51,778 nt of DNA from an uncultured bacterium (GCA_964597945.1 CAZRAD010000002.1:1-51778); one strand, 5' to 3'. Shown: positions 42,230 to 51,647, numbered from the stretch's first letter. Notes: generated from the sequence alone by a model not told the origin. A program made the numbers and translations.

Positions 42230-43390
42230 ATGTTCAAGTTCGCAGAGCGTATGAACCGGCTCGGCACGGAGACGGCGTTCGAGGTTCTCGCGAAGGCGCG
42301 GGCCCTCGAGGCGCAGGGGAAGACGATCGTCCATCTCGAGATCGGCCAGCCGGACTTCGACACACCGGACAACATCCGCAAGGCCGCGGTCGATTCGATC
42401 TGGGCGGGAGAGACCGGCTACGGTCCCTCGGCCGGCATGATGAAGACGCGCGAGGCCGTCTGCCGCTACCTTGAGAAGGACCGCGGACTGTCGTACTCAC
42501 CGGACCAGATCGTCATTGCGCCGGGCGGCAAGCCCATCATCTTCTACCCGATCCTCGCGCTCGTCGACCACGGTGACGAGGTCATCTACCCGAACCCGGG
42601 TTACCCCATCTACGAGTCGGCCATCAACTTCGCCGGCGGCAAGGCCGTCCCGCTCAAGTACTCCGAGGAGCGCGACTTCCGGTTCGACATCGCCGAGCTC
42701 GAGGCGAAGATCAACAAGAACACGAAGATGCTCATCGTCAACTCGCCGCAGAACCCGACCGGCGGCGTACTCGAGGACAGCGATCTCAAGCGGATCGCCG
42801 AACTCGCCGTTGAGAACGACGTCGTCGTGCTCTCCGACGAGGTCTACAGCAAGATCGTCTATGAGGGCGAGCATCGTACCATCGCCAGCTATCCGGGCAT
42901 GCAGGAGCGCACGATCCTGATGGACGCGCACTCCAAGACCTACGCCATGACCGGCTGGCGTCTGGGCTACTCAGCGATGCCTGCGCCGATCGCTGAGAAG
43001 TTCACGAAGCTCAACACGAACACGTACTCGCACGCGACGACGTTCGTTCAGACCGCCGGCATCGAGGCGCTCGAGGGCCCGCAGGACGAGGTCGAGAAGA
43101 TGGTCGGCATCTTCAAGGAGCGCCGTGACGCCATCGTCGACGGGATGAACTCGATCAAGGGGTTCAGCTGTCTCAAGCCGAAGGGCGCGTTCTACGTGTT
43201 CCCGAACATCACGGCGACGGGCATCGACTCGCAGACGCTTGCCGACAGGGTTCTCAACGAGGCCGGCGTGGCCTGTCTCTCGGGCACCTGCTTCGGCGCG
43301 ATGGGCGAGGGTTACCTCCGGTTCAGCTACGCCAACTCGCTCGAGAACATCGAGAAGGGCGTCGAACGCATCCGGAAGATGATGGGATAG
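42230..43390 (+). CDS. class I/II PLP-dependent aminotransferase (aspartate-aminotransferase-like)
   Basis: RBS GAAGGAGA. LEIGQPDFDTP. NSPQNPTGGV. PLP-Lys context DAHSKTYAMTGWRLGY. GYLRFSYA. Confidence 0.9.
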   Translation: MFKFAERMNRLGTETAFEVLAKARALEAQGKTIVHLEIGQPDFDTPDNIRKAAVDSIWAGETGYGPSAGMMKTREAVCRYLEKDRGLSYSPDQIVIAPGGKPIIFYPILALVDHGDEVIYPNPGYPIYESAINFAGGKAVPLKYSEERDFRFDIAELEAKINKNTKMLIVNSPQNPTGGVLEDSDLKRIAELAVENDVVVLSDEVYSKIVYEGEHRTIASYPGMQERTILMDAHSKTYAMTGWRLGYSAMPAPIAEKFTKLNTNTYSHATTFVQTAGIEALEGPQDEVEKMVGIFKERRDAIVDGMNSIKGFSCLKPKGAFYVFPNITATGIDSQTLADRVLNEAGVACLSGTCFGAMGEGYLRFSYANSLENIEKGVERIRKMMG

Positions 43391-43468
43391 AGGCAACATC
43401 GCCGACGCACCCGTTTGCGGCGACGCGGCAAGCGGGTGCGTGACGGCAGGCGGCATGGAAGGGGAACT

Positions 43469-44071
43469 ATGGTTTCCGCAGTGGTACTGGCGGCAGGACA
43501 GTCGCGACGGATGGGCCGGAAGAAGGAACTGCTGCCGATCGAGGGCACGCCGATGATCCGAGTGGTCATCGAGAAGCTCCTCGGCTCGAGCAGGGTCGAT
43601 GAGGTCATCGTGGTCCTCGGCGATGAGGCCGACAGCGTCGGCGCCGCGCTCGCGGGTATCATCGATGAGCGCATCGAACTCGTCGGGAACAGACGGTTCG
43701 CGGAGGGGATGGGGACGTCGCTCGCACAGGGCGCGAGCGCGTGCTCGTGGGGAACCGATGCGATACTCGTCGCACACGGCGACACGCCGTTCTTCCGCAC
43801 CGAGGATGTCGATCTCGTCATCGACGCGCACGTGCGTGGCGGAGCGATCGCCGTCCCGGTCAGCGGCGGCAGACGCGGGCATCCGGTGCTTCTCGACGGC
43901 TCGTTCCGTGACGAACTCGAGGAACTCGACGGAGACGCCGGCGCCCGGGACATCCTCGAGCGCGAGGCGGCCCGTATCGTCGAGGTCGAACTCGATGATG
44001 ACGGCTTCCTCGTTGATATCGACACGCCTGAGGACTACGAGGCGGTGAAGGGCGGCATAGCCGGCGCGTAG
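43469..44071 (+). CDS. mocA: MobA-like nucleotidyltransferase, probably molybdenum cofactor cytidylyltransferase (MocA)
   Basis: Track ORF 43415-44071. ATG 43469 follows GGAAGGGGA. VVLAAGQSRRMG..K.LLP signature. GDTPF. GRRGHPVLL. Confidence 0.75.
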   Translation: MVSAVVLAAGQSRRMGRKKELLPIEGTPMIRVVIEKLLGSSRVDEVIVVLGDEADSVGAALAGIIDERIELVGNRRFAEGMGTSLAQGASACSWGTDAILVAHGDTPFFRTEDVDLVIDAHVRGGAIAVPVSGGRRGHPVLLDGSFRDELEELDGDAGARDILEREAARIVEVELDDDGFLVDIDTPEDYEAVKGGIAGA

Positions 44072-44176
44072 GCGCAGGCATCCGGCTGAGGCATCACCCC
44101 GTGCGGGCCGCGACCGGTGGTCAGGCGCGCGCGGGGGTTTGTCGCTTGGACCGGCTACGGCCAGGGAGCACGAAAC

Positions 44177-45022
44177 GTGGCGCTCAAGCTCGCCGACATC
44201 TATCAGGAGATCGCGCGGATGCACCGGGACGGTGTCCCGGGCGTCGTGGCGACCGTCGTCCGCGCCGAGGGATCGACCCCGCGAAGCGCCGGCGCGCGGA
44301 TGATCGTCTACGCCGACGGGAGGATCACAGGATCCGTCGGTGGGGGCGCGATCGAGGGAACCGTCATCGACGAATCGAAGGCCCTGATCGCATCGGCTGA
44401 TGCTGCCGACTGCAAGCTCGTGAGGTACGACCTCAACGACGATGTGGGGATGACGTGCGGCGGGAGCATCGAGGTCTTTCTCGAGCCGATCGCCGGTGCG
44501 CCGACGGTGACCGTTATCGGCGGCGGCCACGTCGGTCTGGCGGTCGCGAAGATCGCGCGGCAGTCGGGGTTCCGGGTCACCGTTGTTGACGATCGCGCAG
44601 ACATGGTCACCGCCGAGCGCTTCCCGTTCGCCGACGACCGTTTCGTCGGTGGTGTGGAGCTTCTCGACGGCGATCTGCGCGTGGACACCGACTCGATGGT
44701 CGTCATCGTGACGCGCGGTCACAGGTACGACAAGGACTGGGTCAAGGCGCTGCTCCCGCTCGGTCCTCGCTACATGGGGATGATCGGGAGCGAGCAGAAG
44801 GTCGATGCGGCCTTCGCCGACCTCGAGGCCGACGGCGTGTCGCGCGACGAACTCGCGCCGATCCATGCGCCGATCGGACTCGATATCGGCGCCGAGACCC
44901 CGGATGAGATAGCCGTGAGCGTTGTTGCGGAGATCATCGCGGTCCGACACGGCATACGCGACACGGCGAAGTTGAGAGACAAGATCGGGTTCAAGAACAG
45001 GAACAGGCCGGAGCGATCGTGA
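44177..45022 (+). CDS. xdhC: XdhC/CoxI-family molybdenum-hydroxylase maturation protein
   Basis: Track ORF 44117-45022. GTG 44177 is preferred (GGGAG 8 nt upstream). VATVVRAEGSTPRSAGARM…GSVGGGAIEG. Rossmann VIGGGHVGLAVAKIA. TRGHRYD. PIGLDIGAETPDEIAVSV. Confidence 0.85.
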   Translation: MALKLADIYQEIARMHRDGVPGVVATVVRAEGSTPRSAGARMIVYADGRITGSVGGGAIEGTVIDESKALIASADAADCKLVRYDLNDDVGMTCGGSIEVFLEPIAGAPTVTVIGGGHVGLAVAKIARQSGFRVTVVDDRADMVTAERFPFADDRFVGGVELLDGDLRVDTDSMVVIVTRGHRYDKDWVKALLPLGPRYMGMIGSEQKVDAAFADLEADGVSRDELAPIHAPIGLDIGAETPDEIAVSVVAEIIAVRHGIRDTAKLRDKIGFKNRNRPERS

Positions 45023-45843
45023 ACGAGCGGCGAACACTCGTGATCGTCCGCGGTGGTGGTGACCTCGGAAGCGGCGTCGCCGTTCGGTTGGCTCGGTCGG
45101 GGTATCGCGTCGTGATACTCGAGACTCGCGCTCCCGCCGTTGTTCGCAGACGGGTCGCGTTCGCCGAGGCCGTCTTCACTGGCCGCACCGAGGTCGAGGA
45201 CCTGGTGGGCGAACTCGTGGATGTCGAGGAGATCGTCGCCTGGCTCGAGGCACACGGCCGCGAGCGGGCGCTTCCCGTCGTGGTCGACCCGGACGGCGAG
45301 CTTCTGACTCGACTCGGGCCGGACGCGGTCGTCGATGCGCGGATGGCGAAGCGCAACCTCGGAACCACGCGCGAGGACGCGTCCGTGACGATCGGACTCG
45401 GTCCGGGATTCGAAGCGGGTGTCGATTGCGACGCCGTCGTCGAGACGAACCGCGGACACTCGCTCGGACGCGCGCTCAGCGGCGGTATGGCGGAGGCCGA
45501 CACCGGGACTCCTGCTCCGGTCATGGGTGTTGCGGAGAAGCGACTGGTCCGTGCTCCCGGGTCCGGCGTCTTTGAGAGCTGCGCCTCGATCGGGGATGTC
45601 GTCGCCGCGGGGGATGTTGTGGGCGCCGTGGGCGGCGCAGAGGTTACGGTCTCCACGCCGGGTCTCCTGCGGGGTCTCATAGCGGACGGCGTCGAGGTTC
45701 ATGAGGGTCAGAAGATAGGTGATGTCGATCCACGCGGGGCGTCCGTGGATCCGGCAACCGTCTCCGACAAGGCGCTGGCCATCGGGGGTGGTGTGCTGGA
45801 GGCGCTCCTCTCGCGGGGCGTCACACCGGGACGGGTGGCATAG
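45019..45843 (+). CDS. yqeB: YqeB-family protein (accessory protein associated with selenium-dependent molybdenum hydroxylases)
   Basis: The GTG start overlaps the xdhC stop (GTGA at 45019-45022). VIVRGGGDLGSGVAVRLARSGYRVVILE…VVRRRVAFAEAVF N-terminal pattern. C-terminal barrel-like GDVVAAGDVVGAV…GLLRGLIADGVEVHEGQKIGDVDPR. The family is assigned from memory of YqeB/EF2563-type sequences. Confidence 0.6.
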   Translation: MNERRTLVIVRGGGDLGSGVAVRLARSGYRVVILETRAPAVVRRRVAFAEAVFTGRTEVEDLVGELVDVEEIVAWLEAHGRERALPVVVDPDGELLTRLGPDAVVDARMAKRNLGTTREDASVTIGLGPGFEAGVDCDAVVETNRGHSLGRALSGGMAEADTGTPAPVMGVAEKRLVRAPGSGVFESCASIGDVVAAGDVVGAVGGAEVTVSTPGLLRGLIADGVEVHEGQKIGDVDPRGASVDPATVSDKALAIGGGVLEALLSRGVTPGRVA

Positions 45844-45895
45844 CGAGGAGTTCGGTCCTCAGTATGCGTCGCGCGCTTGAAGCAGTGGAGGAACG

Positions 45896-46819
45896 GTGTA
45901 CGAGCCGAAGTGGGTGCTGCCGAAGACGATCGACGAGGCGGTTGAGGCGCTGGCGGATGAATCGTCGCGCCCGATCGCGGGCGCTACGGATCTCGCTGTG
46001 AGGATCCGCGCCGACCACGCTGGTCCGGCCACCCTGGTCGACCTGACCGGCGTTCCGGAGCTCGCGATGATCGGCGTTGACGGTGACACGCTGACCATTG
46101 GTGCGGCTGCTTCGCACGCGGCCGTCTCGAGGCACGACATCGTGGCACATCGCGCGGCCGTCCTCGCGGAGGCGTGCGGTACGGTCGGGGCTCCCCAGAT
46201 TCGCGCGAGGGGCACCATCGGCGGCAACCTGGCGAACGCATCACCCGCCGCGGACGCGAGCGTGGCGCTCGCAGCGCTCGATGCCGTCGCACACGCGCGC
46301 TCCACACGCGGCGAGCGGGAGGTGCCGGTGACGGGACTCTTCGCCGGCCCGGGACAGCTTCGGCTCGAGCCGGACGAGCTTCTGACGCACGTCACGCTTG
46401 CGCTTCCGCGGGCAGGTGCATCGAGCGTCTACAGGAAGCTCGGCCAGCGGAAGGCGCTCGCCATCGCTATCGCATCGGTCGCGGTCACATTCGATCCGAC
46501 GGCGAGCGCGGTCCGCATCGCGCTCGGCTCGGTCGCGCCGACGGTCGTGCGTGCGGACGCGGCAGAGATGGTGTTCGCCGAGGGGTGGGGATCGCTGGAG
46601 CGTGAGGCGCCGACTGGAGACTCGGGCGGTGCGGATGCCCGGGGCTCCGCGCGAAGCAGAACGGAGTTGATCGAGGAAGTCGCGGCGAAGGCCGCGCGGG
46701 CCTCGAGTCCGATAGATGATGTGAGGGCGTCCGCCGAGTACCGGACGATCCTCGTCAGGGAGCTGACACGCACGGCGCTCGAGGGGTTGTGTCTCGCCGA
46801 ACCCCGCGTGTCAGGATAG
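45896..46819 (+). CDS. FAD-binding medium subunit of a xanthine-dehydrogenase-family molybdenum hydroxylase (CoxM/XdhB/YgfM type)
   Basis: GTG start after TGGAGGA. PIAGATDLAVRIR. IRARGTIGGNLANASPAADA. C-terminal PIDDVRASAEYR. Confidence 0.85.
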   Translation: MYEPKWVLPKTIDEAVEALADESSRPIAGATDLAVRIRADHAGPATLVDLTGVPELAMIGVDGDTLTIGAAASHAAVSRHDIVAHRAAVLAEACGTVGAPQIRARGTIGGNLANASPAADASVALAALDAVAHARSTRGEREVPVTGLFAGPGQLRLEPDELLTHVTLALPRAGASSVYRKLGQRKALAIAIASVAVTFDPTASAVRIALGSVAPTVVRADAAEMVFAEGWGSLEREAPTGDSGGADARGSARSRTELIEEVAAKAARASSPIDDVRASAEYRTILVRELTRTALEGLCLAEPRVSG

Positions 46820-46886
46820 ACAGACCGGCCCGAGGCCGGGGCCTCCCACGCGCAACGCGCGGGAGAGCTGACGACAGGAGGAACAC

Positions 46887-47939
46887 GTGTTCAGCAACAA
46901 GGACTTCAGAGGCAGGGATTTCATCACCATCCTCGACTACACGCGCGAAGAGGTCGAGTTCATCCTCGACTTCGCCGACGAGCTCAAGGCGAAGTTCAAG
47001 TCGGGTCGTCCTCACAAGTACCTCGAGGACAAGACCCTCTTCATGATCTTCTACAACCAGTCGCTGAGGACGAGGAACAGCTTCGAGGCGGGGATGACCC
47101 AGATGGGTGGCCACGCGCACTTCCTCGATCCCGACAAGATCTACACGCCGGCCCTCGAGGGTGAAGAGGTCGCGTACTCGACCGAGCGCATCTCGGACGT
47201 CGCGCGCGTTCTCGACCGGATGGGTCACGGTATCTCGATCCGCATGTACGGCGACCCGGTCGGCTGGATCAACGGCAAGGCCAACCGCATTGTGCGCGAG
47301 TTCGCCAGGCACGCCGAGCGCGTCCCGGTCATCAACATGGAGTGCGACATCTACCATCCGTGCCAGGGCATGGCCGACATCATGACCGTCCGCGAGCAGT
47401 GCGGCGGGTTCAAGAACAAGAAGTTCGTGATGAGCTGGGCCTACAGCCCGTCCGTCCACAAGCCGCTCTCGGTGCCGCACAGCGCCGTCGTTGCAGCCGC
47501 GACGGTCGGCTGTGACGTCGTGCTGGCACATCCCGAGGGGCTCGAACTCGACGACGACATCGTCGCCGCCGCACGGAAGCGCGCCGGTGAATCGGGTGGA
47601 TCCTTCGAGATCACCAACAGCATGGAGGACGCGTTCAAGGACGCCGACGTCGTCTACCCGAAGGCGTGGACCTCGAAGCACTTCATTCCGCCCATCGCGG
47701 ATAAGCCGATGCTCGAGAAGAGCCAGGAAGTCTTCGATGCGAACAAGCACTGGATCTGCGACGAGGCGAAGATGAAGCTCGCGAAGCCCGACGTGAAGTA
47801 CATGCACTGCCTCCCGTGTGACCGGGGATACGAGGTCACCAACGAGGTCATCGACGGTCCGAACTCGGTCGTCTTCGACGAGGCGGAGAACAGACTCCAC
47901 GTGCAGAAGGCCATCATGGCCCTGACGATGGACGTGTAG
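46887..47939 (+). CDS. ygeW: carbamoyltransferase, YgeW-like
   Basis: GTG start after CAGGAGGA. SLRTRNSFE, HPCQGMAD, HCLP motifs. The stretch SWAYSPSVHKPLSVP…VVLAHPEG…GGSFEITNSMEDAFKDADVVYPKAW closely matches E. coli YgeW as I recall it. Confidence 0.75.
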   Translation: MFSNKDFRGRDFITILDYTREEVEFILDFADELKAKFKSGRPHKYLEDKTLFMIFYNQSLRTRNSFEAGMTQMGGHAHFLDPDKIYTPALEGEEVAYSTERISDVARVLDRMGHGISIRMYGDPVGWINGKANRIVREFARHAERVPVINMECDIYHPCQGMADIMTVREQCGGFKNKKFVMSWAYSPSVHKPLSVPHSAVVAAATVGCDVVLAHPEGLELDDDIVAAARKRAGESGGSFEITNSMEDAFKDADVVYPKAWTSKHFIPPIADKPMLEKSQEVFDANKHWICDEAKMKLAKPDVKYMHCLPCDRGYEVTNEVIDGPNSVVFDEAENRLHVQKAIMALTMDV

Positions 47940-47947
47940 GGGAGGAC

Positions 47948-48952
47948 ATGATGGCAGTGAATCTCAAGGGACGTGATCTGATCTGTACGCAGGACTGGAG
48001 CATCGAGGAACTCGAGGCGACGCTCGACCTCGCGGTCAAGCTGAAGGCCGACCGCTACAGCAACGAGCACGCGCAGATCATCAAACACCAGACGTTCATG
48101 ATGATGTTCTACAACTCGTCGCTCCGCACCCGGCAGTCGTTCGAGGCCGCAGCTACGGAGCTCGGCGGACACGCGCAGTTCCTCGAGACCAAGACGCTTC
48201 GTCTGAAGTCGAAGACGCAGCGTGGTGAGATCCTCAAGGACACCGCGAACGTCATGAGCCGCTACGCCGAGGGTATCGGCATCCGCATTCTTGAGGATTC
48301 GGTCGAGGACTACGGTGACGGCGACAAGTTTCTGCGGGACTTCGCCGACTTCGCCGACGTGCCCATCATCAGCATGGCGCACGACAAGTTCCATCCGTGT
48401 CAGGGGCTTGCGGACGTGATGGGCATGCGCGAGAGCATCGGGGACACGCGCGGCAAGACGCTGCTTCAGGTCTGGGGATACTCACCGATGGTTCGCTCGT
48501 GGAGCTCGGTGCAGGAGAGCATCATTATCAACTCCAGGCTCGGGATGAACGTCCGGATGGCGTATCCGGAAGGCTTCGAGTTGGACCCCGAGGTCATCGA
48601 GACCACGAAGGCCAACTGCGCCGCGGCCGGGACGAGTTTCGAGATCACGCACGACCAGGAGGCCGCGTACGACGGCGCCGACGTCGTCTACTCACGGCAC
48701 TGGATGCACCCGAAGCGCTACGAACTCGGACGCGAAGAGGACCAGAGACTCTCGGCCGAGCATCAGGACTGGCGGGCGACGATGGAGCGGATGTCGCGCA
48801 CCAACGATGCCGTCTACATCCATCCGATGCCGATCGATCGCGAGAACGAGGCGGACGACGCCGTCTGCGACATGGAGCGTTCGATCATCTACGACGTCGC
48901 CGAGAACAGACTCCACGCTCAGAAGGCCATCATGGCCCTGACGATGGGGTAG
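47948..48952 (+). CDS. second carbamoyltransferase, divergent tandem paralog
   Basis: ATG 47948 (or 47951) after GGGGAGGA. SLRTRQSFE and HPCQGLAD motifs, but HPMP replaces HCLP. Its C-terminus AENRLHAQKAIMALTMG matches the upstream gene's AENRLHVQKAIMALTMDV. Confidence 0.8.
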   Translation: MMAVNLKGRDLICTQDWSIEELEATLDLAVKLKADRYSNEHAQIIKHQTFMMMFYNSSLRTRQSFEAAATELGGHAQFLETKTLRLKSKTQRGEILKDTANVMSRYAEGIGIRILEDSVEDYGDGDKFLRDFADFADVPIISMAHDKFHPCQGLADVMGMRESIGDTRGKTLLQVWGYSPMVRSWSSVQESIIINSRLGMNVRMAYPEGFELDPEVIETTKANCAAAGTSFEITHDQEAAYDGADVVYSRHWMHPKRYELGREEDQRLSAEHQDWRATMERMSRTNDAVYIHPMPIDRENEADDAVCDMERSIIYDVAENRLHAQKAIMALTMG

Positions 48953-48962
48953 GAGGCGTATC

Positions 48963-49901
48963 ATGGGCAAGCTTGCGGTTGTCGCCATAGGCGGCAACTC
49001 CATCACGAAGGCGGGGCAGCGGGGAACGATCCCGGAGCAGTACGCGAACGCCCGCGAGACCGCGAGCCACATCGCGGTCATGATCGAGAAGGGATGGGAC
49101 GTCGTCATCACGCACGGCAACGGGCCGCAGGTCGGCAACATCCTGCTCCGCGCCGAGCTGGCCTCGACCGTTCTCCCGAATCTCCCTCTGGATACATGCG
49201 GGGCGGACTCACAGGGCGGGATGGGGTACATGATCCAGCAGATGCTCGGGAGCGAGCTTCAGAAGAAGGGAATCAAGCGCGACGTCGTCACCGTTGTCAC
49301 ACAGGTCGTTGTCGATGCGGACGACCCGGCCTTCTCTCACCCGGCGAAACCGATCGGGCCGTTCTACACGCGTGAGCAGGCGGAGAAGCGGCAGAAGGAC
49401 GATGGTTGGGACGTCGTTGAGGACGCCAACCGCGGTTGGCGTCGCGTCGTTGCCTCCCCGATACCGGTGCGCGTCGTCGAGGCGGCATCCATCCAGGCGC
49501 TTCTGAGCGCGGGCAGTCTTGTCATCGCGGTCGGCGGGGGAGGCATCCCCGTCATCGAGGTGACGGACGGCCTCAAGGGCGTCGAAGCGGTCATCGACAA
49601 GGACCACGCATCGAGGCTTCTCGGCAACGACATCGGCGCGGACATGCTCCTGATCTCGACCGACATTGAGCAGGTCGCGCTGAACTTCGGGAAGGACGAC
49701 GAGGTCCGCCTCGACCGGATGACGGTCGATGAGGCGAAGCGCTACCACGCCGAGGGTCACTTCGCTCCGGGAAGCATGGGACCGAAGGTCATCGCCGGCA
49801 TCGATTTCATCGAAGGCGGCGGCAGAGAAGTGCTCATCACGAATCCGGAGTCGATCGGGCGGGCGCTCGACGGCGAGACGGGGACACGGATCGTGAAGTA
49901 G
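48963..49901 (+). CDS. arcC: carbamate kinase
   Basis: RBS AGGAGG. VVAIGGNSI. VITHGNGPQVGN. GGGGIPV. AVIDKDHAS. Confidence 0.9.
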   Translation: MGKLAVVAIGGNSITKAGQRGTIPEQYANARETASHIAVMIEKGWDVVITHGNGPQVGNILLRAELASTVLPNLPLDTCGADSQGGMGYMIQQMLGSELQKKGIKRDVVTVVTQVVVDADDPAFSHPAKPIGPFYTREQAEKRQKDDGWDVVEDANRGWRRVVASPIPVRVVEAASIQALLSAGSLVIAVGGGGIPVIEVTDGLKGVEAVIDKDHASRLLGNDIGADMLLISTDIEQVALNFGKDDEVRLDRMTVDEAKRYHAEGHFAPGSMGPKVIAGIDFIEGGGREVLITNPESIGRALDGETGTRIVK

Positions 49902-49934
49902 CGGTACGGGCTCAGAACGAATGACGGAGGACAC

Positions 49935-51647
49935 ATGAAGGACCTTGCCAGGATGATCAGGGTCGCGCGCGGTGCCATGCCGGCGGATCTCGTGCTCAGG
50001 AACGCCAGGATCGTCAACGTGTTCTCGGCCGAGATCTACAAGGGCAACATCGCGATCTGGAACGGTCGGATCGTCGGTATCGGCGACTACGAAGGCAAGG
50101 CCGAGATCGATCTCAAGAACGCCTTCGTTCTCCCCGGACTCATCGACGGCCACATGCACATCGAGAGCACGATGGTCACCGTCCAGGAGTTCGCCCGGTC
50201 GGTCGTGCCGCGGGGGACGACGTCCGTCGTCGCCGATCCGCACGAGATTGCGAACGTGCACGGCCTGGAGGGCATCCACTACATGCTCAACTCGAGCAAG
50301 TACAGCCCCGTCAATATCTACATGATGCTCCCGTCGTGTGTTCCCGCGACGGAGTTCGAGACGAGCGGTGCCGTACTCCGCGGGTTCGATCTCTACCCGC
50401 TTCTCCGCGAGAAGTGGGTGCTTGGTCTCGGAGAGGTTATGAACTTCCCCGGCGTCCTGATGGGAGACGAGGGGCTCCTCGACAAGATCACGATGACGCA
50501 GGACCGCAAGCGAATCGACGGACACGCGCCCGAACTCACGGGAAAGGACCTCAACGCGTACGCGGCGACCGGCGTGAACTCCGACCACGAGAGCACGACA
50601 CCGAAGGAGCTCATCGAGAAGCTCCGCCTCGGGATGTACGCGATGATCCGCGAGGGCTCGGTCACGAAGAACCTGAAGGACCTGCTACCCGCCGTGACCT
50701 GCGAGAACAGCTACCGCTGCATGTTCGTCACGGACGACCGTCATCCGAAGGACCTGATGGATCACGGGCACATCGACCACATGGTCAAAACCGCCATCAA
50801 AGAGGGGATCGCGCCCGTCACCGCTATCCGGATGGCCACGATCAACACCGCGCAGTACTTCGGCATCCGGGACCTCGGCGCCATCGCGCCGGGCTACCGG
50901 GCCGACCTGGTGGTGGTCGACAGTCTCAAGCGCTTCAACATCCGGAAGGTCTTCAAGAACGGGAAGCTCGTCGCCGAGGACGGGGAGATGGTCGTTCCGA
51001 AGCCGAGGATCAGCGAGCCGCAGCTACGAAGCTCGATCAACATCAAGTGGCTCGCGCCCGAGGACTTCGACATCGCGGCCAACGGCAGGAAGATCCGCGT
51101 CATCAACCTGGTCCCTGACCAGATCGTGACGAAGGCGACGGTCGAGAAGGCGAAGATCGAGGACGGCAAGCTCGTCGCCGATGTCGAGCATGACCTTCTC
51201 AAGATCGCCGTGGTCGAGCGTCATCACGCCAGTGACAATATCGGGCTCGGGATCGTCAAGGGATTCGGTCTTCGCAAGGGCGCTATCGCCAGCTCCGTCG
51301 CGCACGACTCGCACAACATCGTCGTGGTCGGAACGAGCAATGAGGACATGAAGGCGGCCGTGGTCGAGATCTCCAAGATGCGCGGCGGCCTGGCCGTCGT
51401 CGCGGACGGAGAGCTCAAGGCCGGGCTGCCGCTCCCGGTCGCGGGACTGATGTCCGAGGGGCCGCTCGAGGAGGTCGTGACCGGCCTTCGCCGTGTCATT
51501 CGCGCCGCACGCAGGCTCGGCTCGCCGCTCGAGGACCCGTTCATGGCGATGTCGTTCCTTGCGCTCCCGGTCATCCCGGAGCTCAAACTGACCGATCTCG
51601 GGCTGTTCGATGTGAACACGTTCCAGTTCACCGATCTCTTCGTCTAG
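49935..51647 (+). CDS. ade: adenine deaminase
   Basis: RBS ACGGAGGA. ADLVLRNARIVNVFSAEIYKGNIAIWNGRIVGIG. PGLIDGHMHIESTM. TSVVADPHEIANV. HESTT. SVAHDSHNIVVVG. Confidence 0.9.
   Translation: MKDLARMIRVARGAMPADLVLRNARIVNVFSAEIYKGNIAIWNGRIVGIGDYEGKAEIDLKNAFVLPGLIDGHMHIESTMVTVQEFARSVVPRGTTSVVADPHEIANVHGLEGIHYMLNSSKYSPVNIYMMLPSCVPATEFETSGAVLRGFDLYPLLREKWVLGLGEVMNFPGVLMGDEGLLDKITMTQDRKRIDGHAPELTGKDLNAYAATGVNSDHESTTPKELIEKLRLGMYAMIREGSVTKNLKDLLPAVTCENSYRCMFVTDDRHPKDLMDHGHIDHMVKTAIKEGIAPVTAIRMATINTAQYFGIRDLGAIAPGYRADLVVVDSLKRFNIRKVFKNGKLVAEDGEMVVPKPRISEPQLRSSINIKWLAPEDFDIAANGRKIRVINLVPDQIVTKATVEKAKIEDGKLVADVEHDLLKIAVVERHHASDNIGLGIVKGFGLRKGAIASSVAHDSHNIVVVGTSNEDMKAAVVEISKMRGGLAVVADGELKAGLPLPVAGLMSEGPLEEVVTGLRRVIRAARRLGSPLEDPFMAMSFLALPVIPELKLTDLGLFDVNTFQFTDLFV

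Noticed and set aside
36693-51647. In-frame TGA (selenocysteine) recoding in the selenium-linked catabolic operon
   Set aside because: Every gene is a continuous ORF with family-typical N- and C-termini, so no read-through needs to be invoked. Any selenium involvement would be through a labile cofactor rather than Sec.
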